Assembly: GCA_024278985.1 (NCBI GenBank)
Contig: JAJRSC010000014.1
Location: 1 to 64,000, forward strand
Source: an archaeon
GTDB taxonomy: Archaea; AGJL01; Methanococci; Methanococcales; Methanocaldococcaceae
DNA: 64,000 nucleotides
Reading direction: 5' to 3'
Shown: positions 43,391 to 54,333 of the stretch, piece after piece
Layout of the letters: each line of letters begins with the position of its first letter
Position numbering within the stretch: the first letter of the stretch is position 1
Program-made: the position numbers and the translations under genes
Notes under the pieces: model-generated
What the model saw: the letters and a program-made list of their open reading frames with translations, nothing else
Told to the model about the DNA's origin: nothing
Databases searched by the model: none

Positions 43391-43487
43391 TATTTCACTT
43401 TTTAAATTATTAGGTTATATATTATTATTTATTGGGCAAATTATAAAATATTATTTATTTCCAAAAATATTTTATAAAGGTGAAACT

Positions 43488-44300
43488 TTGGAAATTGAAA
43501 AACTAAAAGAAATAGCTAAGAGAGTTAGAATAAAAATATTAAAAATGTGTTGTTTGGCAAAATCTGGGCATCCTGGAGGAAGTTTATCATCTGTTGAAAT
43601 TTTAGTTTCTTTATACTTTAAATTAATGGATTTTTCATTAGATAAAAAAGATAGAGATAGATTTGTTTTAAGTAAAGGTCATGCTGCACCTGCTTTATAT
43701 GCAGTTATTTCTGAATTGGGAATTATTGAAGAGGAAGAACTTTGGAAACTCAGGAGATTAGAGGGAAAACTTCAAGGACATCCATCAATTGAAACCCCTG
43801 GAGTTGAAATATCAACTGGTTCATTAGGTCAAGGATTTTCTGCAAGTGTTGGAATGGCTTTAGGGTATAAGTTGGATGGAATAAACAAATATGTTTATGT
43901 ACTTTTAGGAGATGGAGAATGTCAGGAGGGTATTGTTTGGGAGGCAGCAATGGCTGCAGCACATTATAAGTTAGATAATTTAATTGCCTTTGTAGATAGA
44001 AATTGGTTACAAATAGATGGACATACTGAGGATGTTATGGGTTTGGAAAAAATTGCTGAGAAGTTTAGAAGTTTTAACTGGGACGTATTTGAAATAAATG
44101 GAAACGATTTTGAAGAAATAATAAAAACAGTTGAAAGAGCCAAAAACATGAGAAATAGAAGGCCAAAGGTTATTATAGCATACACAACTAAAGGAAAAGG
44201 AGTTTCATTTATGGAGAATAATGTCGCATTTCATGGAAAACCACCAACTGATGAACAACTAAAACAGGCATTAAAAGAGTTGGGTGAGTTAGATGGTTAG
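43488..44300 (+). CDS. Transketolase, N-terminal (TPP-binding) subunit
   Basis: [33 protein letters not shown]. Confidence 0.93.
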   Translation: MEIEKLKEIAKRVRIKILKMCCLAKSGHPGGSLSSVEILVSLYFKLMDFSLDKKDRDRFVLSKGHAAPALYAVISELGIIEEEELWKLRRLEGKLQGHPSIETPGVEISTGSLGQGFSASVGMALGYKLDGINKYVYVLLGDGECQEGIVWEAAMAAAHYKLDNLIAFVDRNWLQIDGHTEDVMGLEKIAEKFRSFNWDVFEINGNDFEEIIKTVERAKNMRNRRPKVIIAYTTKGKGVSFMENNVAFHGKPPTDEQLKQALKELGELDG

Positions 44301-44946
44301 AATTGGAGCATCTATATTATCTGCAGATTTTAGTAATTTAAAAGAAGAAATAAAGAGGGCTGAAGAGGCAGGAGTTGATTTTTTCCATGTTGATATGATG
44401 GATGGTCACTTTGTTCCAAATATTAGTATGGGGATAGGAATAGCTAAACATGTTAAAAAACTAACATCTCTCCCTGTTGATGTTCATCTTATGGTAGAAA
44501 ATGTTTCCCTGTTCATTGATGAATTTAAGGGAATGGATTATATTACCTTCCATATAGAAGCTGTAAGATTCCCATTTAGGATAATAAGAAAGATTAAGGA
44601 AATAGGAGCTAAACCAATAGTGGCAATAAATCCAGCTACACCATTGGATATGATTGAATATGTTTTAGATGAGGCATATGCTGTTTTAGTTATGACTGTT
44701 GAGCCTGGGTTTGCTGGACAGGAGTTTATTCCTGTTATGGTTAAAAAAATTAGAAAGTTAAAAAGTATGATTGTAGAGAACAGTTATGACACTTTAATTT
44801 TTGTTGATGGAGGAATTAATGTAGAAACTGCTCCTAAAGCAGTTAAGGCAGGAGCTGATGCAATTATTGCAGCTTCTGCAATATTTGGAAAAGGAAATGT
44901 AAAAGAAGCTGTTAAAAAATTAAGAGAGGTTATAGAACATGGTTAG
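44293..44946 (+). CDS. rpe: Ribulose-phosphate 3-epimerase
   Basis: [41 protein letters not shown]. Confidence 0.95.
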   Translation: MVRIGASILSADFSNLKEEIKRAEEAGVDFFHVDMMDGHFVPNISMGIGIAKHVKKLTSLPVDVHLMVENVSLFIDEFKGMDYITFHIEAVRFPFRIIRKIKEIGAKPIVAINPATPLDMIEYVLDEAYAVLVMTVEPGFAGQEFIPVMVKKIRKLKSMIVENSYDTLIFVDGGINVETAPKAVKAGADAIIAASAIFGKGNVKEAVKKLREVIEHG

Positions 44947-45889
44947 ATTAACAGGAATATATAAGGGTATGAGAAAGGCATATGGAGAGACATTGGTAGA
45001 ATTAGGAGAAAAATATAAAAATTTAGTAGTTTTAGATGCTGACTTATCAAGTTCTACACAGACGGCGATGTTTGCTAAAAAGTTTCCTGAAAGATTTTTT
45101 AATGTAGGAATTGCAGAGCAGAATTTAATGGGAATTTCTGCTGGTTTAGCAACTACTGACAAAATTGTTTTTGCTTCAAGTTTTGCAATGTTTGCAGCTG
45201 GAAGACCTTGGGAGATTATAAGGAACATTATAGCATATCCAAAATTAAATGTTAAAATAGTAGCCACTCATGCTGGCATAACAGTTGGAGAAGATGGAGC
45301 AACTCATCAGATGACTGAAGATATTGCAATAATGAGAGCTATTCCTAATATGGTTGTTATAGCTCCAAGTGATTACTACCATACTAAAAATGTTATTAGA
45401 GAGATAGTAGAGTATAATGGACCAGTATATGTAAGAATGCCAAGAAGGGATACAGAAATAATTTATGAAAATGAAGAAGAAGCAGATTTTAAAATAGGAG
45501 AGGGAAAAATCTTAAGAGATGGTGAAGATTTAACAATAATTGCAACAGGAGAAGAAGTTCCAGAAGCATTAAGAGCTTATGAAATATTAAAAGAAAATAA
45601 TATTTCTGCTGAAATTATTGAGATGGCTACTATAAAACCAATAGATGAGGAGGTAATAAAAAAAGCAAATGACTTTATAGTTACTATGGAAGACCATAAT
45701 ATTATTGGAGGGTTAGGTAGTGCTGTAGGAGAGGTTATAGTTAAAGAAGGGTTAAATAAGAGAGTTTTAATGGTAGGAATTCCTGATGTATTTGGTAAGA
45801 GTGGAAAAGCAGAGGAACTTTTAAAATACTATGGTTTAGATGGGGAAAGTGTTGCAAAAAGGATTATGAGGGAATTAAAAAATGGATGA
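44939..45889 (+). CDS. Transketolase, C-terminal subunit
   Basis: LDADLSSST, NVGIAEQN, GEDGATHQ, EDHNIIGGLGS. Confidence 0.93.
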   Translation: MVRLTGIYKGMRKAYGETLVELGEKYKNLVVLDADLSSSTQTAMFAKKFPERFFNVGIAEQNLMGISAGLATTDKIVFASSFAMFAAGRPWEIIRNIIAYPKLNVKIVATHAGITVGEDGATHQMTEDIAIMRAIPNMVVIAPSDYYHTKNVIREIVEYNGPVYVRMPRRDTEIIYENEEEADFKIGEGKILRDGEDLTIIATGEEVPEALRAYEILKENNISAEIIEMATIKPIDEEVIKKANDFIVTMEDHNIIGGLGSAVGEVIVKEGLNKRVLMVGIPDVFGKSGKAEELLKYYGLDGESVAKRIMRELKNG

Positions 45890-47072
45890 AAAATTTGCCT
45901 CAAAATTTGAAATAAATATTTTAAATAAATTAACTAATAAAAATTTTACATATGACTTATCTATAATATTAAAAAAAATTGGTGGAATTGATTATAGAAA
46001 AAAGGTTTATTTAGGTGGAGAATGTATTGGAATATTAGAATTTGATTTAAATATTTTAGATTGGGTATTTCATCCCTATGCTTCATACTATTTATTAGAA
46101 GAACCAAAAATAAAAATAAAGGAAACAAAGAGAAGACTAAAAGGAAAGAAAGTTCCTTTAAATTTAATTGAAAATGTTGAAGAGTTTAAAGAACTTCCTG
46201 ATGGATATGTAGGAGTTGAACTTAACAACTATGTAGGTGTTGGAATTAAAAAAGGAGACACTTTAAAAATAAAAGATTTAACTTTAAAAAGAGAGATAAA
46301 ATTAGAAAAACTTGAAGAATACTTAAGAAAAAATAAAAATAGAATTGAAAGATTGGAAAAAAAAGCTAAAGATATAATAAAAAAATATAAAGATAAGCCA
46401 ATAAATGTATCTTTTTCTGGGGGAAAAGATAGTTCTGTTTCAACACTATTAGCAAATGACATTATTCCTGATATTGAAGTTATATTTATAGACACTGGTT
46501 TAGAGTTTCCAGATACTTTAAAATTTGTTAAAAAGTTTGCTAAAAAATTTAATTTAAATTTAATAATCTTAAATGGAGATAATTTTTGGGATTATTTGGA
46601 TAAATATGGAATTCCAACTAAAGATAATAGATGGTGTAATAGTATCTGTAAGTTAAATCCATTAAAAGAATATCTAAAAAAGTATAAAATAATATATACT
46701 ATTGATGGAACAAGGAAATATGAAAGTTTTACAAGAAGTAAATTAGGTTATGAGAGAAAAAGCTCCTTTATTGAAAATCAGATAAACATTTTTCCAATTT
46801 TAGACTGGAAAGGAACAGATGTCTGGAGTTGGATATATTTAAATGATATTCCTTATAATCCATTATATGATAAAGGTTTTGAAAGAATTGGATGTTATTT
46901 ATGCCCTGCTATGTTATCTGCAGAATTTTTAAGAGTTAAAGAACTATATCCTGAGCTATTTAAAAAATGGTTTGAAACATTAAAAAAATATGGATACTCT
47001 GAAGATGAAATATTAAAAGGTTTATGGAGATGGAAAGAACTTCCTAAAAAAATGAAACTTATAAAAAAATGA
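45882..47072 (+). CDS. PAPS/APS reductase family protein
   Basis: SFSGGKDS, DTGLEFP, RWCNSICK, YNPLYDKGFERIGCYLCP. Confidence 0.88.
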   Translation: MDEKFASKFEINILNKLTNKNFTYDLSIILKKIGGIDYRKKVYLGGECIGILEFDLNILDWVFHPYASYYLLEEPKIKIKETKRRLKGKKVPLNLIENVEEFKELPDGYVGVELNNYVGVGIKKGDTLKIKDLTLKREIKLEKLEEYLRKNKNRIERLEKKAKDIIKKYKDKPINVSFSGGKDSSVSTLLANDIIPDIEVIFIDTGLEFPDTLKFVKKFAKKFNLNLIILNGDNFWDYLDKYGIPTKDNRWCNSICKLNPLKEYLKKYKIIYTIDGTRKYESFTRSKLGYERKSSFIENQINIFPILDWKGTDVWSWIYLNDIPYNPLYDKGFERIGCYLCPAMLSAEFLRVKELYPELFKKWFETLKKYGYSEDEILKGLWRWKELPKKMKLIKK

Positions 47073-47147
47073 TAGGGCGGCGGGGATTTGAACCCCGGAC
47101 CACTCGGTTATCAGCCGAGCACTCTAACCAGGCTGAGCCACCGCCCT
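47073..47147 (-). tRNA. tRNA-Ile (anticodon GAU)
   Basis: Reverse complement AGGGCGGTGGCTCAGCCTGGTTAGAGTGCTCGGCT-GAT-AACCGAGTGGTCCGGGGTTCAAATCCCCGCCGCCCTA folds as a cloverleaf. CCA is not encoded. Confidence 0.95.
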
Positions 47148-47240
47148 GCAAAAGAAGACAATTTATTAGATATAAAAACTAATATATAAATTTTACTATA
47201 ATTATAATTTTTGAATATTCTTTTATTTGATAAATATTTT

Positions 47241-47401
47241 TGAGTATTACTCATTTTTTTATAGTTAACTTAAATAGGATAAAATCATTAAAATCATTTT
47301 ATTCAGTGATAGATTAATAAAAAATATATAATTTTGTGAGTTATAATATATAAACTATTATTTTTAAATTAAATAGAAAAATTTAAGTTGAGTATTGCAC
47401 A
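47241..47401. promoter_or_regulatory. Palindromic boxes upstream of tupABC (candidate operator)
   Basis: TGAGTA-T-TACTCA (47241-47253, perfect) and TGAGTA-T-TGCACA (47389-47401, imperfect, just downstream of a TATA-like atttaagt). Confidence 0.35.
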
Positions 47402-47438
47402 ATATTAATGTTCATTAATTACCAAATTGGTGGGATAG

Positions 47439-48479
47439 ATGAAAAAAATAATATACTGTTTGTTGGTTATTTTATCTGTAATATTAGCTGCGGGATGTGT
47501 AAATCAGGGGGGAACTACTAATCAACCAACCAATACTGGAATGACAGAAGAAAAACCTAAAGTATTAACAATATCTACAACAACAAGCGTTTATAATACC
47601 GGATTAACAGAGGCATTAGCTCAAAAGTTTAAGAAAGATTATAATATTATTCTTAAATTTATCCCTAATGGAACTGGTGGAGCTATTAAAGATGCAGAAT
47701 CTGGAGCTTCAGATGCTATAATTGTCCATGCTGTTAGTGAAGAAGCAAAATTTTTAAATGAAGGTTATGGAGTAAATAGGAAGGTTTTTGCATATAATTT
47801 CTTTATAATAGTTGGCCCTAAAGATGACCCAGCACATATTAAAGGGTTAAATCCTATTGAAGCTTTAAAAAGAATTTATAAGGCTGGAGAAGAAGGTAAA
47901 GCAATATGGGTTTCAAGAGATGATAAATCTGGAACAAATGTTAAAGAAATAACATTATGGAAATTAGCAGGATATAACTATGATGAATTAAAAACTAAAA
48001 AATGGTTTAGAACTACAGGAGAAGGAATGGGAGATACATTAAAATATACAAATGAAGTTAAAGGATATACACTATCAGATATAGCAACATTTTTAGTTTA
48101 TAAGAAAGAGGGTATTATTCCAAACTTGGAAAAACTTGTTGATAAGGGAGAATCTTTAACTAATGTATATGCTATAATTATTGTTAATCCAAATAAAATT
48201 AAGGGTAAAGACTTTAAGACAGCAATGTTCTTAGAAAAATGGTTAGTCTCTGAAAAAGGTCAAAAATTCTTAGAAGAATTTGGTAAAGATAAATATGGTA
48301 CAACATTATTTTATCCAGCTGTTAATGTTCTTGAAGAGAAAAAAGAGCCTATCTATAAATGGATAGTCAAAAATGGGTTTATAAAAGAAGGTGATTATTA
48401 CTATGAATGTCCTGAGAAATTTATTTACAATACAACATTAAAATTCTTTAAATTCCCTGTAAGTGAAATTGAAGGGTAA
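47439..48479 (+). CDS. tupA: Tungstate ABC transporter substrate-binding lipoprotein (TupA family)
   Basis: Lipobox LAAGC, STTTS..NTGL, GTGGAI, VHA, YNFFIIVGP..DPA, SRDDKSGT..KE, G.GMG, YTLSD. Confidence 0.88.
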   Translation: MKKIIYCLLVILSVILAAGCVNQGGTTNQPTNTGMTEEKPKVLTISTTTSVYNTGLTEALAQKFKKDYNIILKFIPNGTGGAIKDAESGASDAIIVHAVSEEAKFLNEGYGVNRKVFAYNFFIIVGPKDDPAHIKGLNPIEALKRIYKAGEEGKAIWVSRDDKSGTNVKEITLWKLAGYNYDELKTKKWFRTTGEGMGDTLKYTNEVKGYTLSDIATFLVYKKEGIIPNLEKLVDKGESLTNVYAIIIVNPNKIKGKDFKTAMFLEKWLVSEKGQKFLEEFGKDKYGTTLFYPAVNVLEEKKEPIYKWIVKNGFIKEGDYYYECPEKFIYNTTLKFFKFPVSEIEG

Positions 48480-48482
48480 AAT

Positions 48483-49202
48483 ATGTTAATTGTGGAGTAT
48501 ATAATAAAAGGATTTTTAGAGGCTTTAGATTTAATTCATCACCCTTACATTTTAGATATTGCTTGCAGGTCTTTAAAAGTTTCTGGCTCTGCAACTATAT
48601 TATCCTTATTTTTTTCTGTTCCTATATCTATTTTAATTGGATTATATGAATTTAAAGGAAAAATGATTATTAAAAATTTAATTAACACCTTTGCAGGAAT
48701 ACCTACAGTTATATGGGGACTAATTTTATATTTAATGTATGTACCAAATGGAGGAATTTTAGGAAAGTTTGATTTATTATACAATGTTAAAGGAATAATA
48801 TTAGGACAGGCCTTATTGATAACTCCATTAATATCAAGTATTATAATTGATGCTATTGAAAAGACAGAGAAGATATTTAGAAAACTTTGTTATACATTAG
48901 GGGCTAATGAGTTTCAAACTATTAAAACAATTTTAAAAGAATCCTTACCCTGGATACTTCTATCTGGAATTATTGGATTTAATAGAGCTATTTCAGAGTT
49001 AGGAATTGCTCTAACAATTGGTGGAAATGTATATGTCCCTGGAGCCTCAGATTTCAACACAAGAGTTTTAACTACAGCTATACAAATGCATACAGTTAGA
49101 GCAGAGTTTTCAACTGCTATAGCATTGGGTATTATTCTTTTAACAATTATACTAATAGTTAATTTCATAACTAACTATATAAAAAAGAGTATAGAAACAT
49201 GA
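48483..49202 (+). CDS. tupB: Tungstate ABC transporter permease
   Basis: IPTVIWGL, GQALLITPLI, TLGA, FNRAISELG...GGN...TRVLTTAI. Confidence 0.88.
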   Translation: MLIVEYIIKGFLEALDLIHHPYILDIACRSLKVSGSATILSLFFSVPISILIGLYEFKGKMIIKNLINTFAGIPTVIWGLILYLMYVPNGGILGKFDLLYNVKGIILGQALLITPLISSIIIDAIEKTEKIFRKLCYTLGANEFQTIKTILKESLPWILLSGIIGFNRAISELGIALTIGGNVYVPGASDFNTRVLTTAIQMHTVRAEFSTAIALGIILLTIILIVNFITNYIKKSIET

Positions 49203-49912
49203 TTATTTTAAAAAATATATGTAAAAAAATAAATAATAAAAAAATATTGGATAACATATCCCTAACAATAAATAAAGGGAAAATATTTTGTATAATGGGC
49301 CATAGTGGTGCAGGAAAAACAACACTTCTAAATATAATATCTCTTTTAGATAACCCTACAGCAGGAGAATATATTTTCAATAATCAAAATCCTTATAGTG
49401 ATATAGTAAAGTTTAGAAGAAAAATAACTATGGTATTTCAAGAGCCAATATTATTTAATACTTCTGTTTTTGAAAATGTTGCTTATGGTTTAAAAGTTAG
49501 AAATTATGATAAAGAAGAGATAAGAGAGAGAGTTGAGTATATTTTAGAAAAGGTTGGAATGTTAGAATATATTAATAAAAAAGCAAAATATTTATCTGGA
49601 GGAGAAAAACAGAGAGTTTCTATTGCAAGAGCTTTAGTTATTGAGCCAGAGGTATTGGTTTTGGATGAACCAACTGCTAATTTAGATTATTCAAACACTT
49701 TAATTATTGAAAAAATTATAAAAGATTTTAAAGATAAGGATAGGAGTATTATTATTGCAACTCATAACTTGTTTCAAGTTAGAAGATTAGCAGATGAAGT
49801 AGCCCATCTATATTATGGTAGATTAATAGAAGTTGGAAAAACTGATGATATCTTTAACAATCCAAAACATAATTTAACTAAAAAATTTATTAATGGAGAG
49901 ATGTTTTTTTAA
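49199..49912 (+). CDS. tupC: Tungstate ABC transporter ATPase
   Basis: GHSGAGKTT, LSGGEKQR, LDEPTANLD, ATH. Confidence 0.85.
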   Translation: MIILKNICKKINNKKILDNISLTINKGKIFCIMGHSGAGKTTLLNIISLLDNPTAGEYIFNNQNPYSDIVKFRRKITMVFQEPILFNTSVFENVAYGLKVRNYDKEEIRERVEYILEKVGMLEYINKKAKYLSGGEKQRVSIARALVIEPEVLVLDEPTANLDYSNTLIIEKIIKDFKDKDRSIIIATHNLFQVRRLADEVAHLYYGRLIEVGKTDDIFNNPKHNLTKKFINGEMFF

Positions 49913-49932
49913 GTTTGTTATACAAACTATTA
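49912..49932. promoter_or_regulatory. Palindromic box AGTTTGT-TAT-ACAAACT upstream of pilin 1
   Basis: The 21-mer agtttgttatacaaactatta is identical to 50232-50252. Confidence 0.6.
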
Positions 49933-49989
49933 GAATATAATATTAAGCAATAGTATTAATAATATTATATATCTGTCCAAGGGATAGCT

Positions 49990-50220
49990 ATGAAAATTAT
50001 AAAAAAATTAACATCAAAAAGAGGGCAAATTTCTATGGAGATTGGTATAATAACACTTTCTTTTATTGTTATTTCTACTATTGCCTCTTATTATTATCTT
50101 AGTAGAGTTTCCGACCCTATAAACTATGATGCTGGGAAAAATGCCACTAAAACAATTGGAGTATTAAAAAATAAAACCATAGAAGCAAATAACCATATCA
50201 AGAACATTAGTATAATCTAA
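49990..50220 (+). CDS. Class III signal peptide (type IV pilin-like) protein, diverged paralog
   Basis: KKLTSKRG/QISMEIG followed by a hydrophobic helix. Confidence 0.85.
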   Translation: MKIIKKLTSKRGQISMEIGIITLSFIVISTIASYYYLSRVSDPINYDAGKNATKTIGVLKNKTIEANNHIKNISII

Positions 50221-50231
50221 CTATAATGAAC

Positions 50232-50252
50232 AGTTTGTTATACAAACTATTA
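50232..50252. promoter_or_regulatory. Palindromic box AGTTTGT-TAT-ACAAACT upstream of pilin 2
   Basis: Identical to 49912-49932. Confidence 0.6.
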
Positions 50253-50318
50253 ATAAGTATCTTAAATAAGATATATTATAAATAATAATTGCAAAAAATA
50301 AAATTATGGTGATTAAAT

Positions 50319-50549
50319 ATGATGAAAATCATAAGAAAATTAACATCAAAAAGAGGGCAAATTTCTATGGAAATTGGTATATTAGTTGCTGCAGCTGTTG
50401 CTGTTGCTGCTATCGCCGCTTACTACTATGTTAAAAACGCTGCTAATGCAGCAAGTTCTGCCGGAAGTAATGCTACTCAAACAGTTACAGTTTTAGGAAA
50501 TAAAACAGCTGAGGCTACTAATAAAATTAAAGGTATAAGTATCAGTTAA
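50319..50549 (+). CDS. Type IV pilin, EpdE-like major pilin
   Basis: RKLTSKRG/QISMEIGILVAAAVAVAAIAAYYY, very like the Methanococcus major pilin N-terminus (from memory). N-glycosylation sequons NAT and NKT. Confidence 0.88.
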   Translation: MMKIIRKLTSKRGQISMEIGILVAAAVAVAAIAAYYYVKNAANAASSAGSNATQTVTVLGNKTAEATNKIKGISIS

Positions 50550-50557
50550 TATAGATT

Positions 50558-51139
50558 ATGAAATCTCTAATAATGGCTGGAGGGAAGGGTAGTAGATTGG
50601 GCTATATAGAAAAGCCCCTTATTAAAATTAATAACTATTTTTTAATAGACTTAGTTATAAAATCATTGAAAAACTCTAAGTATGTGGAAGATATTTTTAT
50701 AGCAACATCAAAATACACAGAAAAAACTAAGTATTATATTAAAGATAATTATCCTTTTATTAAAATTATTGAAACTCCTGGAAATGGATATATAGAAGAT
50801 TTAAATTATTGTTTTAAATATTTTAAGGAACCTTTTTTGGTTGTTTCTTCAGATATTATATTTTCTTCAAAGATTATAGATGAAATCATTGCTAATTTTA
50901 AAAATTCTAAATATGAAGCATTATCTGTATATATGCCTGAGTCTATATATGTTGGTTCAACTAAGCCATATAATGGCTTAGTTCCTGCAGGAATAAATAT
51001 TATATCTCCAAAATTAGGATATCAAAAAGAGAAAATTTTTATAACAGATGAATTAATAGTAAATATCAACACTAAAGAAGATTTAGAATTTGCTAAAAAA
51101 TTTCTTTTAAATATAAAATCCCATCATGACCAGTTATAA
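50558..51139 (+). CDS. cobY: Adenosylcobinamide-phosphate guanylyltransferase
   Basis: IMAGGKGSRLG..EKPLI, TPGNGYIEDL, PAGINII, NINTKEDL. Confidence 0.88.
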   Translation: MKSLIMAGGKGSRLGYIEKPLIKINNYFLIDLVIKSLKNSKYVEDIFIATSKYTEKTKYYIKDNYPFIKIIETPGNGYIEDLNYCFKYFKEPFLVVSSDIIFSSKIIDEIIANFKNSKYEALSVYMPESIYVGSTKPYNGLVPAGINIISPKLGYQKEKIFITDELIVNINTKEDLEFAKKFLLNIKSHHDQL

Positions 51140-51653
51140 TATTCTTTTTTAAACTAATTATTTTTTCTAAACTTTTTATTGCTAATTCTCTATCAACATG
51201 TAATCTTGGAGGAATTTTTTTTAAAATGTTCTCTTTTAATGGAGCAGCATCTCCAACTATAACATAATCCTTATATATAACTGATATTGAGCCATAAGTA
51301 TGTCCTGGAGTTTCAATTATCTCAATTTCTTTATCTTTGAAAAATCTATAATCTTTGAATTCAGAAGCTTCAAATGTTGGCTCTTTTGTTGAACAGTACC
51401 AAGTAGCATTTTCAAATAAATCATTGTTTCCAATATGGTCATAATGAAGATGTGTATTTATAACTGTATCAATATCCTCAGGTTTGACATTTATACTTTC
51501 CAAATTTTTAATTATTAATTTCTCAATATGGTTAGATGAAGTATCTACAATAATATTATGCTCCTCAGTTTTGATATAGGTAACAGATGATGCTGCCTTT
51601 ATTATAAATCCATCTTTTCTAATTAACTCTCCTTCATATATTAACTTAATCAT
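51093..51653 (-). CDS. Metallo-beta-lactamase fold hydrolase
   Basis: THLHYDHIGN, TPGHT, GDA, GH. Confidence 0.9.
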   Translation of the reverse strand: MIKLIYEGELIRKDGFIIKAASSVTYIKTEEHNIIVDTSSNHIEKLIIKNLESINVKPEDIDTVINTHLHYDHIGNNDLFENATWYCSTKEPTFEASEFKDYRFFKDKEIEIIETPGHTYGSISVIYKDYVIVGDAAPLKENILKKIPPRLHVDRELAIKSLEKIISLKKNIITGHDGILYLKEIF

Positions 51654-51659
51654 AAAAAT

Positions 51660-52433
51660 TCACTTAATATAGTTAATTATTTTTTTTCTACTTTTTATAG
51701 CATCTCTCAATGTTTTATTTTCAATTGTTAATATTCCATTATAGTTAATCTTTTTTAATTCCTTAAAAAATTCATCAAAATTAATATTTCCATCTCCAAC
51801 AGCAAGATGTTCATCCTCTACTCCATTATTGTCATGTATATGGATATGAACTATATCTTTATTTATAAAATCTAAGACATTTCCCACAGTATTGGCATGT
51901 CCAACATCTAAAGTCATTTTTAGATTTTTAGAATCAATTTCATTAATAAGTTTTTTTATTTCATTATATTCTCTACATAACAAGCCTTTATAATTAGGCA
52001 TATTTTCTAAGCCAATAATAATATCATAATCTTCAGCAATCTCTACAATTTCTAAAAGTGTTGAAAAATTGTTATCTAATATATCATCTAAATAATTTTT
52101 CCAAAGTTCTGGAATATATCCTGGATGTACTACAACTATAGAGCTATCTAACTCATAAGCCCCTTTTATTGCATCTTCAATACATTCAATTACTAATTTT
52201 CTAACTTTTTCATTCATAGATGCAGGATTCAAATCTGAAAAAGGAGCATGAACTAAAAACTCTAAACTATACTCCTCTTTAATATCTAACAAGTACTTTA
52301 TATTTTTCTTATCTAAATAATGATTTCCTTCACAAACAATTTCCCAAATATAAAAATCATTCTCAATTAATTTATTTGTTATTGATTCTAAACTTTCTGG
52401 TAAAAAAACTAATGAGGATATTGCAATTTTCAT
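51660..52433 (-). CDS. Sugar phosphate isomerase/epimerase-like (AP endonuclease 2) TIM-barrel protein
   Basis: HAPFSDLNPAS, VHPG, LENMP, DVGHA, HIHDN.G..DEHL..GDG.I, TIE. Confidence 0.88.
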   Translation of the reverse strand: MKIAISSLVFLPESLESITNKLIENDFYIWEIVCEGNHYLDKKNIKYLLDIKEEYSLEFLVHAPFSDLNPASMNEKVRKLVIECIEDAIKGAYELDSSIVVVHPGYIPELWKNYLDDILDNNFSTLLEIVEIAEDYDIIIGLENMPNYKGLLCREYNEIKKLINEIDSKNLKMTLDVGHANTVGNVLDFINKDIVHIHIHDNNGVEDEHLAVGDGNINFDEFFKELKKINYNGILTIENKTLRDAIKSRKKIINYIK

Positions 52434-52441
52434 ATTTTTCC

Positions 52442-52783
<342 letters not shown>

Positions 52784-52793
52784 TTATCCCTCA

Positions 52794-53747
52794 TCAATCA
52801 TAAAGTTCATTTAAACATTTTTCTAAGTCAGTATTTTTTATTAAACACATTAATCTATCTGTTATAATATTTAAACATTCCTCAACTGTATTACTAATCT
52901 TTATATTTTCTATAACAGGAATACCATTTTCTTTAGCAGTTTTAACCATATAATCATTTATCATTCTGATAATTTTAAAGTGTTTTAAATATCTTTCTGT
53001 TGGTCTATTAGATACTCTACCTCTTGCATAAAATCTCATTTTGTGAAGTTCTTCATCACTTACAGTTAATACAATAAATAAAACATTTGGATTTTTTAGA
53101 TATTTTTCATCTATTAATGATGGAGCTAAGTGAGTACCTTCAATTATAACACTTTGTCCTTCTGTTAAATTTCTATCTATAACTCCATATATTCCAGTTA
53201 ATACTGTTTCACAGTGTCTTTCAAAACCAACAATATATTTATTATCATTTGATATATTTTCTCTTAAAACTCTCCATGCTGTATAACTTGATTCATATAA
53301 TGTTGGGATTAGTTCCTTTTTAATAACTTTCCTCATAACTTCTCTTATTGAATCTGTTCCTATAACACTTGATATTCCTAATCTTGAAGCTATTTCAAAT
53401 GCTATAGTAGATGTTCCAACACCACTGGCTCCTCCTATTAATATAGACAATGGCATTTTTGATAAAACAATCCTCCATAACAAATATTTTTTTGCAATCT
53501 CTTTATATCCTCTTTCTAACAATAGGTTATATACTCTTCTTCTAAGGTCATTTTTTTTTATTTCTTTTATTCCCTCTTTTTTTAATTCATCTAAAATTTC
53601 AACTGCCAATTTATAGGCAATACTTGGCTTTAATCCTGCAGCAGTTAAAGACCTTGCTAAAATTCCCTTAGAAAAAGGAGTTTTTATTTTTCTCCCCACA
53701 ACAATTATATCATCATTCAAAGTCATCAATATCAACCTTCTCAGCAT
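52794..53747 (-). CDS. pgk2: 2-phosphoglycerate kinase (ATP-cone plus P-loop)
   Basis: [36 protein letters not shown]. The true start is probably near 53720-53726. Confidence 0.9.
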   Translation of the reverse strand: MLRRLILMTLNDDIIVVGRKIKTPFSKGILARSLTAAGLKPSIAYKLAVEILDELKKEGIKEIKKNDLRRRVYNLLLERGYKEIAKKYLLWRIVLSKMPLSILIGGASGVGTSTIAFEIASRLGISSVIGTDSIREVMRKVIKKELIPTLYESSYTAWRVLRENISNDNKYIVGFERHCETVLTGIYGVIDRNLTEGQSVIIEGTHLAPSLIDEKYLKNPNVLFIVLTVSDEELHKMRFYARGRVSNRPTERYLKHFKIIRMINDYMVKTAKENGIPVIENIKISNTVEECLNIITDRLMCLIKNTDLEKCLNELYD

Positions 53748-54333
53748 TGTATAGCTCTTTAGCTTTTTTATATACTTTTAAATCTTCTTCATCTGCAACA
53801 ACAACATATATTTTACTTGGTTTAATTTTTTGAATTTGTTTTTTTATGTTTTCTTTAACTATATTTATTTTCTTTTCTAAACCTTTTAGAGCATTTTCTG
53901 GAACTCTACCTTTATAGTCATTTATATCTAAGTATCCATCTGTTGAAACTACTCTATATCCTAAAGATTTTAACTTTCTAAATAATTTTTTGTTTGTAAC
54001 AATATATAAAGCGGATTTTTCCATTTCCTTCTTTTTTTCAACTTTATAACCAAACTCTTCCAAAACTTCATTTAGTTTATTTATACTCTTTATAATTATC
54101 TTACAGAATTCTTTGGCTTCATTTTCATTTAAATAGTGATTTGGTGCTTTTTTATATAACCAATCATCTGCCTCTAATAACAAATATACAGCTTCTTTAA
54201 ATGCTTTAACATTTATTTTTCCAGGTTTAGCATCTTTATAACTAAATTTTTTTTCTTCAAATTTTATTTTTTTCATCTTTGATATTGTCTCTATTCCCTT
54301 TATTATTAACTCCTTTGCCTGATTTTCTCTCAT
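53713..54333 (-). CDS. Conserved methanogen protein (DUF2100-like)
   Basis: [10 protein letters not shown]...F..AV..L.EAD..LYKKAP.H.L. Start placed at MRENQ (54333). Confidence 0.65.
   Translation of the reverse strand: MRENQAKELIIKGIETISKMKKIKFEEKKFSYKDAKPGKINVKAFKEAVYLLLEADDWLYKKAPNHYLNENEAKEFCKIIIKSINKLNEVLEEFGYKVEKKKEMEKSALYIVTNKKLFRKLKSLGYRVVSTDGYLDINDYKGRVPENALKGLEKKINIVKENIKKQIQKIKPSKIYVVVADEEDLKVYKKAKELYNAEKVDIDDFE

Noticed and set aside
43488-45889. Transketolase split into two genes around rpe
   Set aside because: This is a known arrangement in Methanocaldococcus, not a disruption.
54257-54333. 77-nt overlap between the TIGR00300-family gene and the DUF2100-like gene
   Set aside because: Likely a low-complexity C-terminal run-on in a compact operon, with no evidence of function.
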